In this document: positions 1 through 12,452 of the stretch, piece after piece
Layout of the letters: every line of letters begins with the position of its first letter
Numbering within the stretch: position 1 is the stretch's first letter
Source: Haliotis rufescens
Taxonomy: Eukaryota
Reading direction: 5' to 3'
DNA length: 57,065 nucleotides
Assembly: GCF_023055435.1 (NCBI RefSeq)
Contig: NW_025964223.1
Span: 51,032,936 to 51,090,000 of the forward strand
Position numbers and translations under genes: made by a program
Notes under the pieces: model-generated
What the model saw: the letters and a program-made list of their open reading frames with translations, nothing else
What the model was told of the DNA's origin: nothing
Database searches by the model: none

Positions 1-110
1 ACCGGTAGGGCAGAGCAGGATATTGTTACCCATTACGGAAACACCTGGCATCATCATTGATTTTCAGTGATTCATTCATATAATTGTCATCACTATTTTG
101 CCTTTTAGGC
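1..110 (+). mobile_element. Old Penelope-like (Naiad-type) 3' UTR remnant
   Basis: The motif accggtagggcagagcaggata...aacacctggcatcatcattgattttcagtgattcat recurs, diverged, near 11250, 39170(-), 42000, 45600(-), 50550(-) and 55720(-). Confidence 0.5.
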
Positions 111-819
111 TCCACTGAATCTGTCTTGGCAGATATTCGAGACTAATTATTCTATGGCGTTGACCTTTTGGAATTAGCTAGGTTACTGTTAACAAGAGAA
201 ACGAATCTATCATATTATGGATGACCGACCTCCTTCATACTCATTTCTTTTTGTCTCGGGTGCGTTCACAATCTGTTTGATTGTTTATTAGCAACAGTTA
301 TTTGAATGTGAATTTGTATTTTCAGACAGACAGATAATGTATTACTTTTTCACCTAATATATATATATAAATAGTAAAATAGAACATGTTGCTCTACACA
401 GTATTCAACCACGGGCAAATCAATGAAGCTCAAAAGCACAGACGCCTCACATGCATAAAGATTAACTTAATCCCAGCCAACTCATTACCTAACTGTAATT
501 GTTTGTTTACACATGTCACAAAAGGGTGGTGGGAAAGGCATTGATGTGATCTTGGCAAACAAAGGCACCGAGACGTGTCAGATCCGTAATGACATTGGTG
601 AGCTGAACATGTTTGTTCAAGTGAACCAGGCAATAAATCCTACTATTGCCCTGTCGCATGTCAGCTAATGTATTGTCTATCTCCAACCTACTTGTAGGCT
701 AGAGTTAGCGTGTCTGAGTCCCACTGCGTTTTGAGAATTCCAAAAAATTGCAGATGTTTTCGGATTATCCAAACAAAAACCAGAATTGATCACTATTGGG
801 GGTTTTAATTACGGAAAGG

Positions 820-1035
820 TTGTTTCTTGTTAAACGACGCAGTCGGCAGTGTTTCAGCCCTTTCATGACAGCCTATAAATATTCGTCTCGGGGCCAACAA
901 ACCATTGGTTGTTAATAGGAAAATGCACTGCATTGGAGATTACGGGTGGTACGCAATCAACCACCCGATATTTTGATTGGCCCCTTACGGCAAGCTACTG
1001 TCGATCTGTTCTAACCTCAAATCCCCATTGGGATT
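820..1035 (-). mobile_element. Degenerate copy of the GACCC-head SINE-like family (family C)
   Basis: Aligns loosely with 55057-55323: ttaaacgacgcagtcggcagt tail, accacccgat, ccttacggcaagc, ttctaacc. Confidence 0.55.
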
Positions 1036-1097
1036 CGTATTTGATATAATGATGTACACGTACGTTGTGATTTAGTTTATCAAAAACAATACCAACA

Positions 1098-1184
1098 AAT
1101 GTGTGCCCATTTCTGGTGTCCCCCGCCGTGATATTGCTGGAATATTGCTAAAAGCGGCGTAAAACCATATTCACTCACTCACTC
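1098..1184 (+). mobile_element. 5'-truncated tRNA-Asp-like SINE (family B), 3' half
   Basis: gcccatttctggtgtcccccgccgtgatattgctggaatattgctaaaagcggcgtaaaaccata plus (ACTC)n tail; matches 45833-45995. Confidence 0.85.
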
Positions 1185-1509
1185 TGAAATGTAACAGAAT
1201 CTAAACAATGAAAAAGGCAAGGATCTTACTCATACTCATCTCAGGAAAACATACTAATCAAGACTGCTCTTAGTTTACAGTGTACGTGTGTTGCAGACAG
1301 ACCGAAAATGCGAAGCAGATCCTACATAAATGTACAAAATATTAAATAACATCATTATTCTTATCTTTTCTGTGAACAATAAATGTTAAACACTGGATTA
1401 TTGATAATGGTGATGTAATCCCTAGTACTATTATAATATCCGGTATTTGTTCAATGTAATTTCCCATGTATAACATGTATAATTTATTGTTTGTTTCAGA
1501 GTTGGCACC

Positions 1510-3169
1510 ATGGCTTCATGCAAGAAGATGTTGGCAATGATGTTATTGATAACATGGTGTGTGGTTCTTGTTAAATACATGTACACCTCGCCAGCAACAA
1601 CATTGAACAACGAACAGTATAATCTAGCACTCAAAACATCGAATAATCCTTCATCTAAAAGCATCCCACCATTCAATCAGCACTCAAGCATCCTGTCGCA
1701 TTTATTGACAGGGCACTGGAAAATACGACCACTGACGAAAACGGAAGACGAACAAATATCGAACTTTCTTTCTGACGCAAATGCCCGATACCGTTTCCCT
1801 ACGAATTATCAAAGGACCGACGGTCTCTGTGGAAATGTTACCCACATCAAATCTAAAGCTGCTGAGTGGATAAGGGCCTTGTGTGATCCGAAAGGAACAA
1901 CACCTTGCTGCTTCAACAACAAATGTGCTTTGAAGTCTGTGGAGGAATGCGTGTGTCCTGATTGTTATGATATGAGGAACCAGAAACATGCTGAATATTC
2001 CACCTGGATACCATCAGACACGAAATACGTCTACAAGGAACACAGCCCCCAAGAAGCTTGTAGCATCCTCAATGGTAGCACGATTCTGTTTGTTGGGGAT
2101 TCTCTGGTTCGTCATGTGTACACGGCTATGCTGCTTGTTGTTACAGGGAATATGAAAGATGGAGCTATGAGGGATAATGTACCACAGAGTAAGTTCAAAT
2201 GGTTCAATGCGTTCAGCTAATAGAATATTTCCTGCTGAATCTAAACGAATGAACGAAGAACAGTTTTGTAATAGAAGTGCATATAATAAATATGCACAGT
2301 TATGTCAATGTCAAAATAGAAGGAAACACTCTAATAGACATACATTTATAGTAATATCAACACAGACGTGGATGTGTGTTTGTTTGTCTGTTTAATATGA
2401 CTTGTTTATTACTTTGAGAAAACCGTAGAAGTCCTGATATAAATAAGATAAGCCTTCTTGTGGAATATGTTGTTAACGCTATGTGCTTCACATACTGCTT
2501 TAGATGTATTCTGAAAGATATTATAGCAGAAGCAAAACATTGGTCATTGAATGTTTAGTATTATATTTGCCTTGCCATGTTGAAGTATATTTACAAAAAG
2601 CCTTATTTTGTCTTTCAGATATTAGAAACATGTGTAGCGGAATGTACATGTTCACAGAAAAGGTTTGTCGACTGAATTTGAAATATGGGTTTAGTGCTTG
2701 CAATGGTGCAGTTAACCTGGATCTCAAGTACTACTTCTATGCAGCTTTTGGCCCAGAGTTGAAACAAAGTGCCGAGAAACTAAATAGCAAGTCTTTACTT
2801 TTTACTGGCGTAGGAATTCACAGTCATTATAACCATAAAGAGATCCAAAAGTCGTTTTTGTTACCAACACTCAAGTACATAGAGAACAATACGAGACCTT
2901 GGCCAAAAGTTATGTGGGCAGCTAGTCATGCCCCTGGTATCATGAAGTCCCCGATGGTGTCGTCCCAGTCTTATGACAGTGTGAAACTCTTCAATGACAA
3001 CATGGATCCTTTCCTCAGATCTTGGAAAGTTCCTGTTTTCAATACTTTTAACATGACCGATGGAATGGCGAGTTTTGATGGTGAGCACTACGGACTTGGG
3101 ATGAATGTAGTGAAAGCAAATCTTCTTCTCAGTTACCTACATGAATTAAAAAATAAAGGATTGTGGTGA
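1510..3169 (+). CDS. Type-II membrane SGNH-fold O-acyltransferase/esterase (PC-esterase/NXPE/CASD1-like) with Cys-rich stalk, paralogue 1; exons 1510-2188 and 2619-3169, 409 aa
   Basis: Acceptor tttcag at 1499 and Kozak gcaccATGg. N-terminal hydrophobic anchor. Cys-rich DGLCG...CDPKGTTPCC...CVCPDCYD module. GDS motif (FVGDSLVRH) in exon 1 and DxxH motif (FDGEHY) in exon 2. Phase-1 intron (gtaagt at 2189, tctttcag ending 2618) joins the two ORFs in frame. The paralogue has the same structure. Confidence 0.88.
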
Positions 3170-4479
3170 GATTGTCTGTGTCGGTCTTATTGAGTTTTAG
3201 TTATTTCTATTTGACAAAGAAACCAATACGAAAACAGTTTGTACGTATCTGTTTACAATCGTTGTATTTTGAGTGAAATCAAATATATGCATAATATATG
3301 ATATAGCCGTATATTTTAACAGTTTCATGTTTATATGTATGTCGAAATAACACGACATTATGTATGTTAAAATATTTTCCCCTAAGATGAGAGATATTTA
3401 TCATGTAACATAGTGACCAATTTGCACCTTCTCATTCCAAACAGGGGTTGTGAAGGATTTGGAATTGAAAGGCTTATCGACAAGAGTTATGCAAGTATTT
3501 CAATAAAATGACCATCATCAGAATTTTAATTCATTATTCTAGAGTCAAGCCTTCATCTAACTAGTCATCTAACTAATAAATTCTCAACATTTTCGAGATT
3601 TTAGTTGTATCATACTTTTATCCTTTTCCTGATGCAAGATTCTTGTCAGCAGTCGGCTTGATACACCGAGTTCTTAAAATAACAGATAGATTGTATCATG
3701 TTTCTAACGGAGAGCAACAAGAAACTATTAATCAATATCTACAGATATGTAGATAAGCTTAAAGACAGCCATATTACACGAGAGTGTAAATAAATAATCT
3801 ACTCCATAACAATTCTGATGGTTTGTATTAATTTGATTCTCTCAATATATAGGTGTTGTCAAGCGAGAATGTTTTGGTATAGTAAATATCCTGTATTAGG
3901 AAAAAAACATTTTATTTAGTGAACCTTGTCGATCTGATATGGAAACTAATCCCGCTGGTGTTCTCGCTAAACTGTTTCGCAATTTGTACCTCCAAAGTTG
4001 CGCAAACTTGTATAATGACCCGGCGACGTATATGTAAGACTCTAATCGCTGGTACCTTTGACTATTATTTGGATAATGGTAACAATTCTTCCAGCAATTT
4101 GTCCAGATCCCCTATGGTTAATTCTGACTCGATAGGCGATAGACAATGGATTTTATGTTTGCATATTTATCCGTATGTGACCCAATCGGATTTTATCCGT
4201 TGGCCTTATCTTGCCGAGAAACCCATCCATTATATGGTATTCCGTAGGGGATATTTTGTTTCGGGGTGCAACTACAGGAAATACACCAATGTCTGGCAAT
4301 GAAAGTAAGTGATTTACGATAACATCAAGCTCCCAAACAGAACATTGTGACAGCCATGAAGCACATGACTCCGGAGAGCACGTGCAAGGGGTGGTTTGCC
4401 CGATTTACCATTGTCACTTAGACTCTGTAGACTGTCAGTTTTACCTAAAGTCATGGCGATGCATACTATAGAAATGATC

Positions 4480-5120
4480 CCTTAAAGTATGATCTTAAGA
4501 ATTTGTTATATGCTCATGGCTTCGGACATGTGTGGGGATTTCAAGGTGCTGGTGACCCTGAATATGTTATAAGTGAGTTTATACTGAGGGCTGAGGACTG
4601 TCATGCACAAACATGGTATTCTGAAGTGTCTGGATGCTCGAAATTAGAACTGTATTCATTATAAAGACATCATTATCACTTGAACCGTATCTATTAAATG
4701 TATTATCAAAATGCTTACCCTTTTACGTATTGGAGAACTGGGAATTATGCATAACACAGGAAGGAGGGATGGCATCGTTAAGACACTCCTGTTTTGTCCA
4801 TTGTGCCAGTTAAGGGCAGTTGAAATTCATTTCATTCTTGTTTGCCCTATTTATGCCCTATTTATGAAGATATTCGCTAAAAATGTCCCATATTTAGACT
4901 TTATTACTGGTAATAATCGTAAAGATATACCAGTTTGAATGTTAAAATCTTCTGATGTAAACTGTCTTGAGAACTTAGCCAATAATGTTAAAGATGCTAT
5001 CTGTCTTCGTTCTTCTTACCCGTTCATATTATTTATGCAGCACTTGATGTGAAACTAAATTGTATATATCTGTACGTGGGCCTGAGGCCTTATTACCGAA
5101 TAAACTGATTGACTGATTAC
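4480..5120 (+). mobile_element. Decayed LINE 3' end (RTEX/CR1-like, C-terminal zinc knuckle)
   Basis: CPLC...VEIHFILVCPIY motif, then aataaa at ~5099 and a (TGAT/TGAC)n tail. Confidence 0.6.
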
Positions 5121-5261
5121 AAAGTAGACTAGCTTGTGAGCAGACACATATTGTTTTCTTGGAACCTAACGCTCAAAGACACTTAATTAAACACATTTAA
5201 TCATTAAGGAAGCAACAACATTGATCATGCGACGTTTGCAACGCGCTGAACGTTAACATTT

Positions 5262-5383
5262 GTGGGTTTCACCGAAGTGGTAAACGTCTGAGAACTGCAT
5301 CACTTGGGGCTTTCCTCCCACATTAAGCTGGCACGCCGGGATATAACTGGAATACTGTTAAAAGCGGCGTTAAACCCAACCCA
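5262..5383 (+). mobile_element. 5'-truncated tRNA-derived SINE (family A), 3' half
   Basis: gtgggtttcaccgaagtggtaaacgtctgag...aaaagcggcgttaaacccaac matches 52032-52319. Confidence 0.85.
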
Positions 5384-5989
5384 ATTATGAATGGTACTTA
5401 AAGTGGTCAACTGTAAAATGATGTACTATGCATGTTGAAAAAGTTTAAGAGGTAAATCGTCATAAATCGGACAACACATAATAACATGCACCTCGTCTTG
5501 CACGGCACTGTTATTGCACAGGGGATACGTGCGTTGATCAACAGGAAGATTCTCATATGACCCGGCTTCTAACGGAATGAGGAAAACAACGCATCGAAAT
5601 TTCGTTCAGGCGCTTCTAAATCTTCCGGGCAATGTAACTGTTGCATAGTTTTCCGCGCCGTATGTGCGTGTAAAACAAACGATGTGATCTTAGTTTGCCA
5701 GTGTTGTCTGCTGGTTTTTACGACCATCTTGATAAAGCATTTTTAACATTGAGCTTGGGTAAACAAATATTACATTGATTATATATGTTATGCTTGACAC
5801 AAACTTGGTGTACTTTATACTTCCAATTTATACATTTAGCTGACTGTTTACCTTCTGTTCATGAGAACAACTTTCTCAATTTGAAATCATTCATATACTC
5901 TTAAAAAAAAGAAACGCAAAGCCAGATTTGTGTGAGGTAGGAAAATACATTTATACGAGGAACCGTACAAGGTATTGAGCCAAAATCTT

Positions 5990-6778
5990 TTGGTGAGAAC
6001 ACTTGGTGATTGTAGTCATCTCAATTATCGGTACATAGGACAATTCCAAGGTGAAGGTGAGCTATCATCAATAACGCGTATGTCCCCCGTTGGAATCGAT
6101 AGCGATCTGCCATCTCCTGCCTATGGAAGAGACGAGTATGCGAATCACATCCTGGCGAATGGTAGCCCACTCGGCCTGCAACGCCAACGCCAACTGCTGC
6201 AACGTCTGGGGTTATGCTTGACGGCGACGTAGCCGTCTATCCGATTCATCCCACACGTGCTCTATCGGGTTCAAATCTGGAGATCTGGAGGGCCAGGGGA
6301 GAACATCAACGTGGTTGTTGTGTGAATAGGCTCTTATGATCCGTGCTGTATAGATTTTGCGCAGTCCGGGTATTTGGGATGCGGTTGAGGTGGCTGTGGT
6401 CGTAGATGGCGCAGTCGGATGTAGCGATCTTGGGCGGGGGTGGTTACTCTTGGTCGTCCTGACCTTGGCCGATCACGTGTTGACCCATGCTGTTGAAACC
6501 GATCCCATAGCCTTGTGTTTGTACTGGGAGCTACATTAAAAAAACCTGGCTACAGCTTATCGGGACTTCCTTGACGTTGTTCGCAGATACCAGGCAAACA
6601 AAAACTCTGCACTTTAATACCGTTCATAGTGCTGCTGCAAGTGCAGTGCGTGCAGTTCCATGGTCCTTTTGTTAATGCACTGGGAGCATTTTTCCGAATC
6701 GTACGTGTTTCCCGACTAAAGGTTTGCATGTCCTTGTTGTGATCATTTTGATTCGAGAAATTTGCCACTGACACTGTA
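5990..6778 (-). mobile_element. Tc1-family DNA transposon remnant, internally deleted
   Basis: Minus strand encodes VLPWPSRSPDLNPIEHVWDE (6250-6310) and an RSGRPRVT HTH linker (~6440-6470); TA-CAGTG terminus near 6778. Confidence 0.8.
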
Positions 6779-6829
6779 ACACATTAAACCTCTTCATTTT
6801 GCACCTCTTGGTCCGCTAATTTTGCGTTT

Positions 6830-7370
6830 ATGGCCAAAATATCCGTATTGCGTTTCTTCTTTTTGAGAGTATATATACCCGTCTTCTCCACGGACCAAGC
6901 ACAGTTTTCCACTGAACAATATATTCAGTGGTTCCCCGTCGTTGTCACCACTTGTTGCCTTATTTGGAGTACATTTCCCAACCACAGGGAAACATCTACA
7001 CCCTTGGATCTGAATGATGTATATTAGAGCATCGTCATTAGATCCCCATGTAGCAGCACCGTACATGATAATAGGTAAGACAGTGTAGTTTTATAACTTT
7101 GTAAAAACTTGAAACAACGTACCACCAATTGCGTAACTCCTAGCAATCAAGAAACCTAATGCTCTGCTGGCAGACTGAGCTACCGCTTCAGCTGTAATAC
7201 CGTAATCTAGGAGGCCTAAGTAAGTACACCTTCCAAATTACCACAACTTAAAATATAAAGGGAACGCGAGGCTGACGGAATACGAAAGTGCACAATATTA
7301 GATTTATCAGCGTTTTCTTGCATGTTGTCATCTACACATCATCTTCCAAGGTAATCGAGCAAGATAATGT
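6830..7370 (-). mobile_element. Decayed LINE RT C-terminal fragment
   Basis: Minus strand, with stops and frameshifts: ADKSNIVHFR...YLGL...AQSASRALG...VLPIIMYGAATWG...QGCRCF..VGKCTPN. Confidence 0.65.
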
Positions 7371-7381
7371 TTCCAACGGTG

Positions 7382-7656
7382 TGAGTGAGTTGAGTATAAC
7401 GCCGCTTTTAACAGTATTCCAGTTATATCACCCCGTGTCAGCTTAATGTCGGAGGAAAGCCCGAAGTGATGCAGGCCTCAGACGTTTGCCACTTCGGCGA
7501 AACCCACGAGCACAGGTATTGTGCTGACAAACCTAGAAACATAATCGGGGCGAACCGCGATTCGAAACCGCAATCATAGGTTTCTGGCGTGCCCAAGGGA
7601 CGCAACTCTGAACAGCGAATCACGGGGCCTTAGACGACTGGGCCACCCGTGCCCCC
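7382..7656 (-). mobile_element. Full-length tRNA-derived SINE (family A)
   Basis: GGGGGCACGGGTGGCCCAGTCGTCTAAGG A-box head, B-box, (ACTC)n tail; imperfect ~14-bp TSD tgtttccaacggtg / tgttttcaatggag. Confidence 0.9.
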
Positions 7657-8709
7657 TGTTTTCAATGGAGCCCATATCAGTTGCATCTATCTCTATCAGT
7701 TACCGGTAACTGCAGTTATAGTGCAAGGTACATACAGGGGTTGTAGCGACACTTGTTCTTTTGATATCCTTGGGCCATAGTCGTCTACTACCACTCTAAA
7801 CGTATAAACCACTGCACTACGTAAGTAAAACGTATATAATGATTTCGTTGTTGTTTCAACGTCCATTTAAGTAATTCTTAAAGTGTCATTTTGAAGAGAT
7901 TTTTGTCACCTCTTTTTGAAATTCTCTTCCAAGTTGTTCAGTTTTTCATTATTTCGTTTATTGTCCCATGATACCATTTATTATTGAATATGAGATTAAT
8001 GTTCACAATATGATTTAGAAATGAATACAAACGACATCAAGTGTATTAGACTCTAAACGGCTTTCTGGAAACTTTCTGAAAACTATTTTCATTTGGGGGT
8101 TAGTGCATTACCGCATTTAACCCATATATATCACTAAACAAATCCCCATTAGATAGCCTTTTTGATTACAACCCGCTGAGTTTTGAAATATACGTACGGC
8201 ATTAAAGAGATTCTATACCAACGTGTGTATTTCAACGAGTGATAGCTATAGATTTTCATCTCAAGGTGTAACCTGGAAATAAAGTGCGCAAGTGTCTCCA
8301 AGACCGATTGTAAGAAACGTTACGATGCCGATTCGAAACCTTTGTTCATAATAGCGTTTATATACACAAACACCGCCAGGTAAGAAACTTCTGCATTCAA
8401 CGGTGAGGGGAGCCCGCGAGACGAGCCATGCCATCGAGCCATGTCGTGTTGGCTATGTGATTTCATACGAGTAAGCAGATGGTTTATCTGTTATGAAACT
8501 GGTTCTAATTACCGCAAAGCTACACCATATGCTCAGTTCGGAGAACGAAGATTCACGACATGAGATTGCAGAGGACGACATTTCTTTCATTTACAACACG
8601 AAGTTCAAGGTGGTAAGTAGTACACTCTATTTCAAACGTTTTTGTTCGCAAGTTCTGCGATACATCACAGGCAACTGCAAATACTCACTGACTTGACATA
8701 TTCAAGTAA

Positions 8710-9440
8710 CATAGCATTAATGGAGTAAGATCAAAGAAGTATGAAGTAAAGTTTTGAGTGCCTCAAGGCTCTGTTCTTGGCCCAATACTTTTCACCATCT
8801 ACACCCTACCCGTAGGAGATATAGCAAGATCTCACAATCTAAGCTTCCATCTGTATGCTGATGATACACAAAGGTATTTGGGATTCAGACCGTTGACTAC
8901 ATCATCAATCAGCACTGCCTTTAAAGCAATCTCAAGCTGCATAGATGACATCAGATGCTGGATGAGAAGCAACTTTCTCAAACTTAGCGATGACAAAACT
9001 GAGCTCTTGATTATCAGCTCTAAACAGATGCAGTCCAAAGTACGAGTTCCTGGTTTGAAAATTTGGGACTGTACGGTTGAGCAAAACTCTGGTGCTCGAA
9101 ATCTAGGCGTGATCATTGACTCAACACTCAGTCTGGATAACCATATAAGCAGTATGTGCAAGACAGCTTACTTTCACACCAGGAACATCAGACAGATAGC
9201 AAGATATGTAGACACAGCATCAGTCAAGTGCCTAGTCCATGCATTTGTAACATCAAGACTTGACTATTGTAATAGTCTTCTGTATGGTATCCAGCAACAT
9301 CATCTGGATAGACTACAGCGTGTGCAAAACACTGCTGCCAGACTTATCACACGGAAGTCAATGCGTGAACACATTACACCCGTCCTCGAAGAGCTGCACT
9401 GGCTACCTGTGAGACTCAGGATCGTGTTCAAGCTGAACTT
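8710..9440 (+). mobile_element. L2/CR1-group (Crack/Daphne-like) LINE reverse transcriptase fragment, pseudogenised
   Basis: VPQGSVLGPILF, LYADDTQ, RNLGVIID, RLDYCNSLLYG, LQRVQNTAARLI, ITPVLEELHWLPV. A stop replaces the G before VPQG; truncated at both ends. Confidence 0.92.
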
Positions 9441-9954
9441 TACATATATGTAGCCAACTTTGTAAAACTATTTACAAACATGACTGTGTGGCTCACATTG
9501 TGAGAAATACTGTTTAGAAATATCTTGACTTTGGGTGGAAATACTGTCTAATACACGTGTGGATGAAATGCACTGGGGTATGTAGCACTTTTAATATAAC
9601 GTGAACAAAATTAATATAAACAATGGTCAATTTGTTTAATCATCATGCGACAGTAACATTTTACATTTAAGGATTGACTGTGTATTGTTTTCAGTTCATT
9701 GAGGTAAGAATCGAAAAACCGATGTGCAAACTGTATGAATCCGCGTTTGCACATCGGTTCATACCTCAATGAACCAAGAAAACCCACAGTCAATGTTTAT
9801 AATTAAATTCGACAACGAAAACATACAATAGTTTAACCCAAAACAGTTGTTTATATCAATGCAGTCAAAAATGACGAGATTGATAAACATTACAGGTGAA
9901 GGAATACATACTGTGGCGTGACATGAATCAGTTCATGTTTAATTTATTCACATA

Positions 9955-10512
9955 TCTTGACACGCCCACAAAGTCAGTAGCCAATCAACGGAGAGTAGAA
10001 TAAAAACACAGTTCATTGGACCTGTCAATCAAGGCCAGAGGCGAGAAGAACTGCAACGGTCAGACTGTAACGAACCGGAACAAATATGTCCGGGAGAAGG
10101 CGGCTGTTTCAAATGACATGGTCAGTTGCCGTCAGATTCGAACATTAATTCCCTGAGAACGGGAAGATACAGTTAGAAATGAAACCTGAAGACATGAAAG
10201 TTGTGGAACCGAGGCGAGCGGAGAAAAACAGTCGAGCGAGCCTGCACGTCTGCTGTTTTATTCCTTTCCGGCTTTCGATCTCAAAGGGTTGTTTGGACGA
10301 TGAATATGCATGAATTTCGCTAAATGCCTCCTCATGACGATACACATGAGCAGAAGGGGAATTCCCTCGACTGTAATATTGGGATTCCCCGACTTTACGC
10401 AGTAATAAGAATAGTCCGCCTCGGTGGGCGTGGCTTAACTTTTTACATTCATTGGGAAATGAATGCAATAACACGTGACCAATTCTGCTGATCAGAATAT
10501 GGGAATTTCAAT
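9955..10512. promoter_or_regulatory. Candidate promoter/enhancer with clustered kappaB and general promoter motifs
   Basis: GC/KLF boxes at 9959-9968 and 10426-10434, CCAAT at 9981, TGATTGACAG (-) at 10022-10031, ETS CCGGAA cores, GGGGAATTCCC at 10356-10366, GGGATTCCCC at 10381-10390, CACGTG at 10472, GGGAATTTCA at 10501. Locally CpG-richer; not repeated in the window. Confidence 0.45.
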
Positions 10513-11059
10513 TTAATTATTACATTATGTGCTGGTAAATACCTCCATTCATCGCATCTCTGTTAACTTGTTTTACATGTGCACGTTTCCATACATTTCC
10601 ATGACTGTAATGGATAGGTCCGTAGTTTAATAGACAATAAAATATGTTTGATCAAATCGGACAGAACAAAATAAACGTCTTACAGTATAAGAACCTTTGA
10701 ATTCGCTTGTAGCCTGGTTGCTATTCCAAGTAGTTTGTGTAAGTGAGTACAACTCGGCCACCTGTCACGGCATCCCTTGAACAATCGATTTCGTGTCAGA
10801 TAAACAAGTGCCGTCATCTACAATGACACCTTCAGCAGGGAACCGCACTGACACGATCCTCATGCCAGACTTCCTATCTCCTCATCAGCTAGATAGGGTT
10901 ATATTCACTTTGCCTGTACCATTCAAAGTGCTAATCCTAACAGTGTATGTTTAAGCTTGTGCGTGCGTACGTGCGTGCTCTGAAGGGTCTAAAAAATCCA
11001 AGGGTAAAGTGTATGATCTGCTGGATAGAAGCTTTCAAATGCCTGATACAACGAGGCTG

Positions 11060-11380
11060 ATACACCGAACTTTTTTTGTAATCACTTAAATGCAAGGCTT
11101 GGTTGATAAGTCGAAGTTGTAAGTCAGCAATAGAGGAAAATACAATGAACACATTTTAATATTCAGACATGAGTGAACATGTTCAAGTAATCACCGCCTC
11201 TTTGATCTAGTTGTAGAGCACGATGCGTATTTCTAGATTAGTTCTTAGTCACGGATGGGCAGGATACGCCCATCTTTTCGCGAACACATTTTGTATCATC
11301 ACAATTTGATGGTCATGTGGTCGGACATGTACATCAACTATGCTTTTGGCAGAGATTTCTTATGGATATGGAAATAGTTT
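11060..11380 (+). mobile_element. Penelope-like (Naiad-type) 3' remnant
   Basis: gggcaggatacgcccatcttttcgcgaacaca...tatcatcacaattt core shared with the other copies. Confidence 0.45.
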
Positions 11381-11491
11381 TTTGTCGCTTTTATTTACAT
11401 AGTCAGCTTTACCTTTTTACTTCGGAATATGAGTCAATAAGATTGGACAGCAGTCTGATTTGACAATAATGACATAATGTCTTGTACATAG

Positions 11492-11661
11492 GAGATAAAT
11501 CCACTGTGTTTTCAACGTAGAGCTACGTCACCTGTAGATTTAACCGCACTAAATTGAATTTGATACCTCACGCTGTGTGTTCGGATCCAAATGTTAAATT
11601 TAGACGCTGTTAATTCTACAGGTAACGAAGCTCTACATTGACAACACAGCAGGTTTATCTC
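11492..11661. repeat. ~170-bp foldback MITE
   Basis: Arms GAGATAAATCCACTGTGTTTTCAACGTAGAGCTACGTCACCTGTAGA... and ...TCTACAGGTAACGAAGCTCTACATTGACAACACAGCAGGTTTATCTC are reverse complements with few mismatches; no clear TSD. Confidence 0.75.
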
Positions 11662-12452
11662 AATTCTACTATGACTAAAAAAAACGCGAACTCTTTGGTA
11701 TTAGCAAATACATTGAGTGAAGCGACATGGGTTGAGTTCAGTGTTTTGATTGTTTTGTCGATCAGAATTGAAGCCTTTAAACAGAATATGGGACTCAATA
11801 TGCTCAAGCACGTTGTTTATACCGTAATTCTTCACTGGAACTTATGACAGGAACTTAACGGATGTAGCACGGCAACTTCGTAAACTAACATGAGGTGGGC
11901 ACTCCTGAAGAAAACTAAGCAAACCTTGCAACGGTTTCGTTCTACACCGCACGGCACTATTATGGCGTCATATCGCTCATTGTGACACAAAAGATCTGAC
12001 GTCACAGTCGAAAATGGACAAGCGCCAAACAGCAAACTCTCTGTTGTCCTCAAAACTTAAAATACATTCCCTTTGTAGATTTCTATCGTGTTTTCTGCAC
12101 GATATGTATTGAAATATTGTCGTAACCGCAGCTTTGCATTTTGTAACTTACGATTGTTCATATATTATATTTAAATATGCCTACCGACAATGACTGTTAA
12201 AGAAGAACTATTCTAAGAATGTTAGCTTCCGAGGTGATGCGGCTGTCAAATCGGCGGTTTCAATCAGAGGAGGTTTATTGTGATTCGATACCTCTCACTG
12301 ACCAATCGGAATCGAATAGTTCCAAACGTCATGGTAGAATAATAATTAACCAGACTAGTATAAGGTATGTCCAATGCAATTTACAATTTATGTATACCGT
12401 AGTAACAATTCCATGACAAATATTTTGCTATTTGTTTTCCAGAGCTGGTGCT

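Noticed and set aside
2504-2618. N-terminal extension of the 221-aa ORF (likewise 13544-13607 and the ORF tails after 2188 and 13140)
   Set aside because: Intronic: these segments lie outside the conserved splice sites and the extensions are not conserved in frame between paralogues.
10030-10300. Telomerase RNA or another Pol III ncRNA
   Set aside because: No CUAACCCU template or recognisable snRNA/7SK/RNase P motif; motif content fits a regulatory region better.
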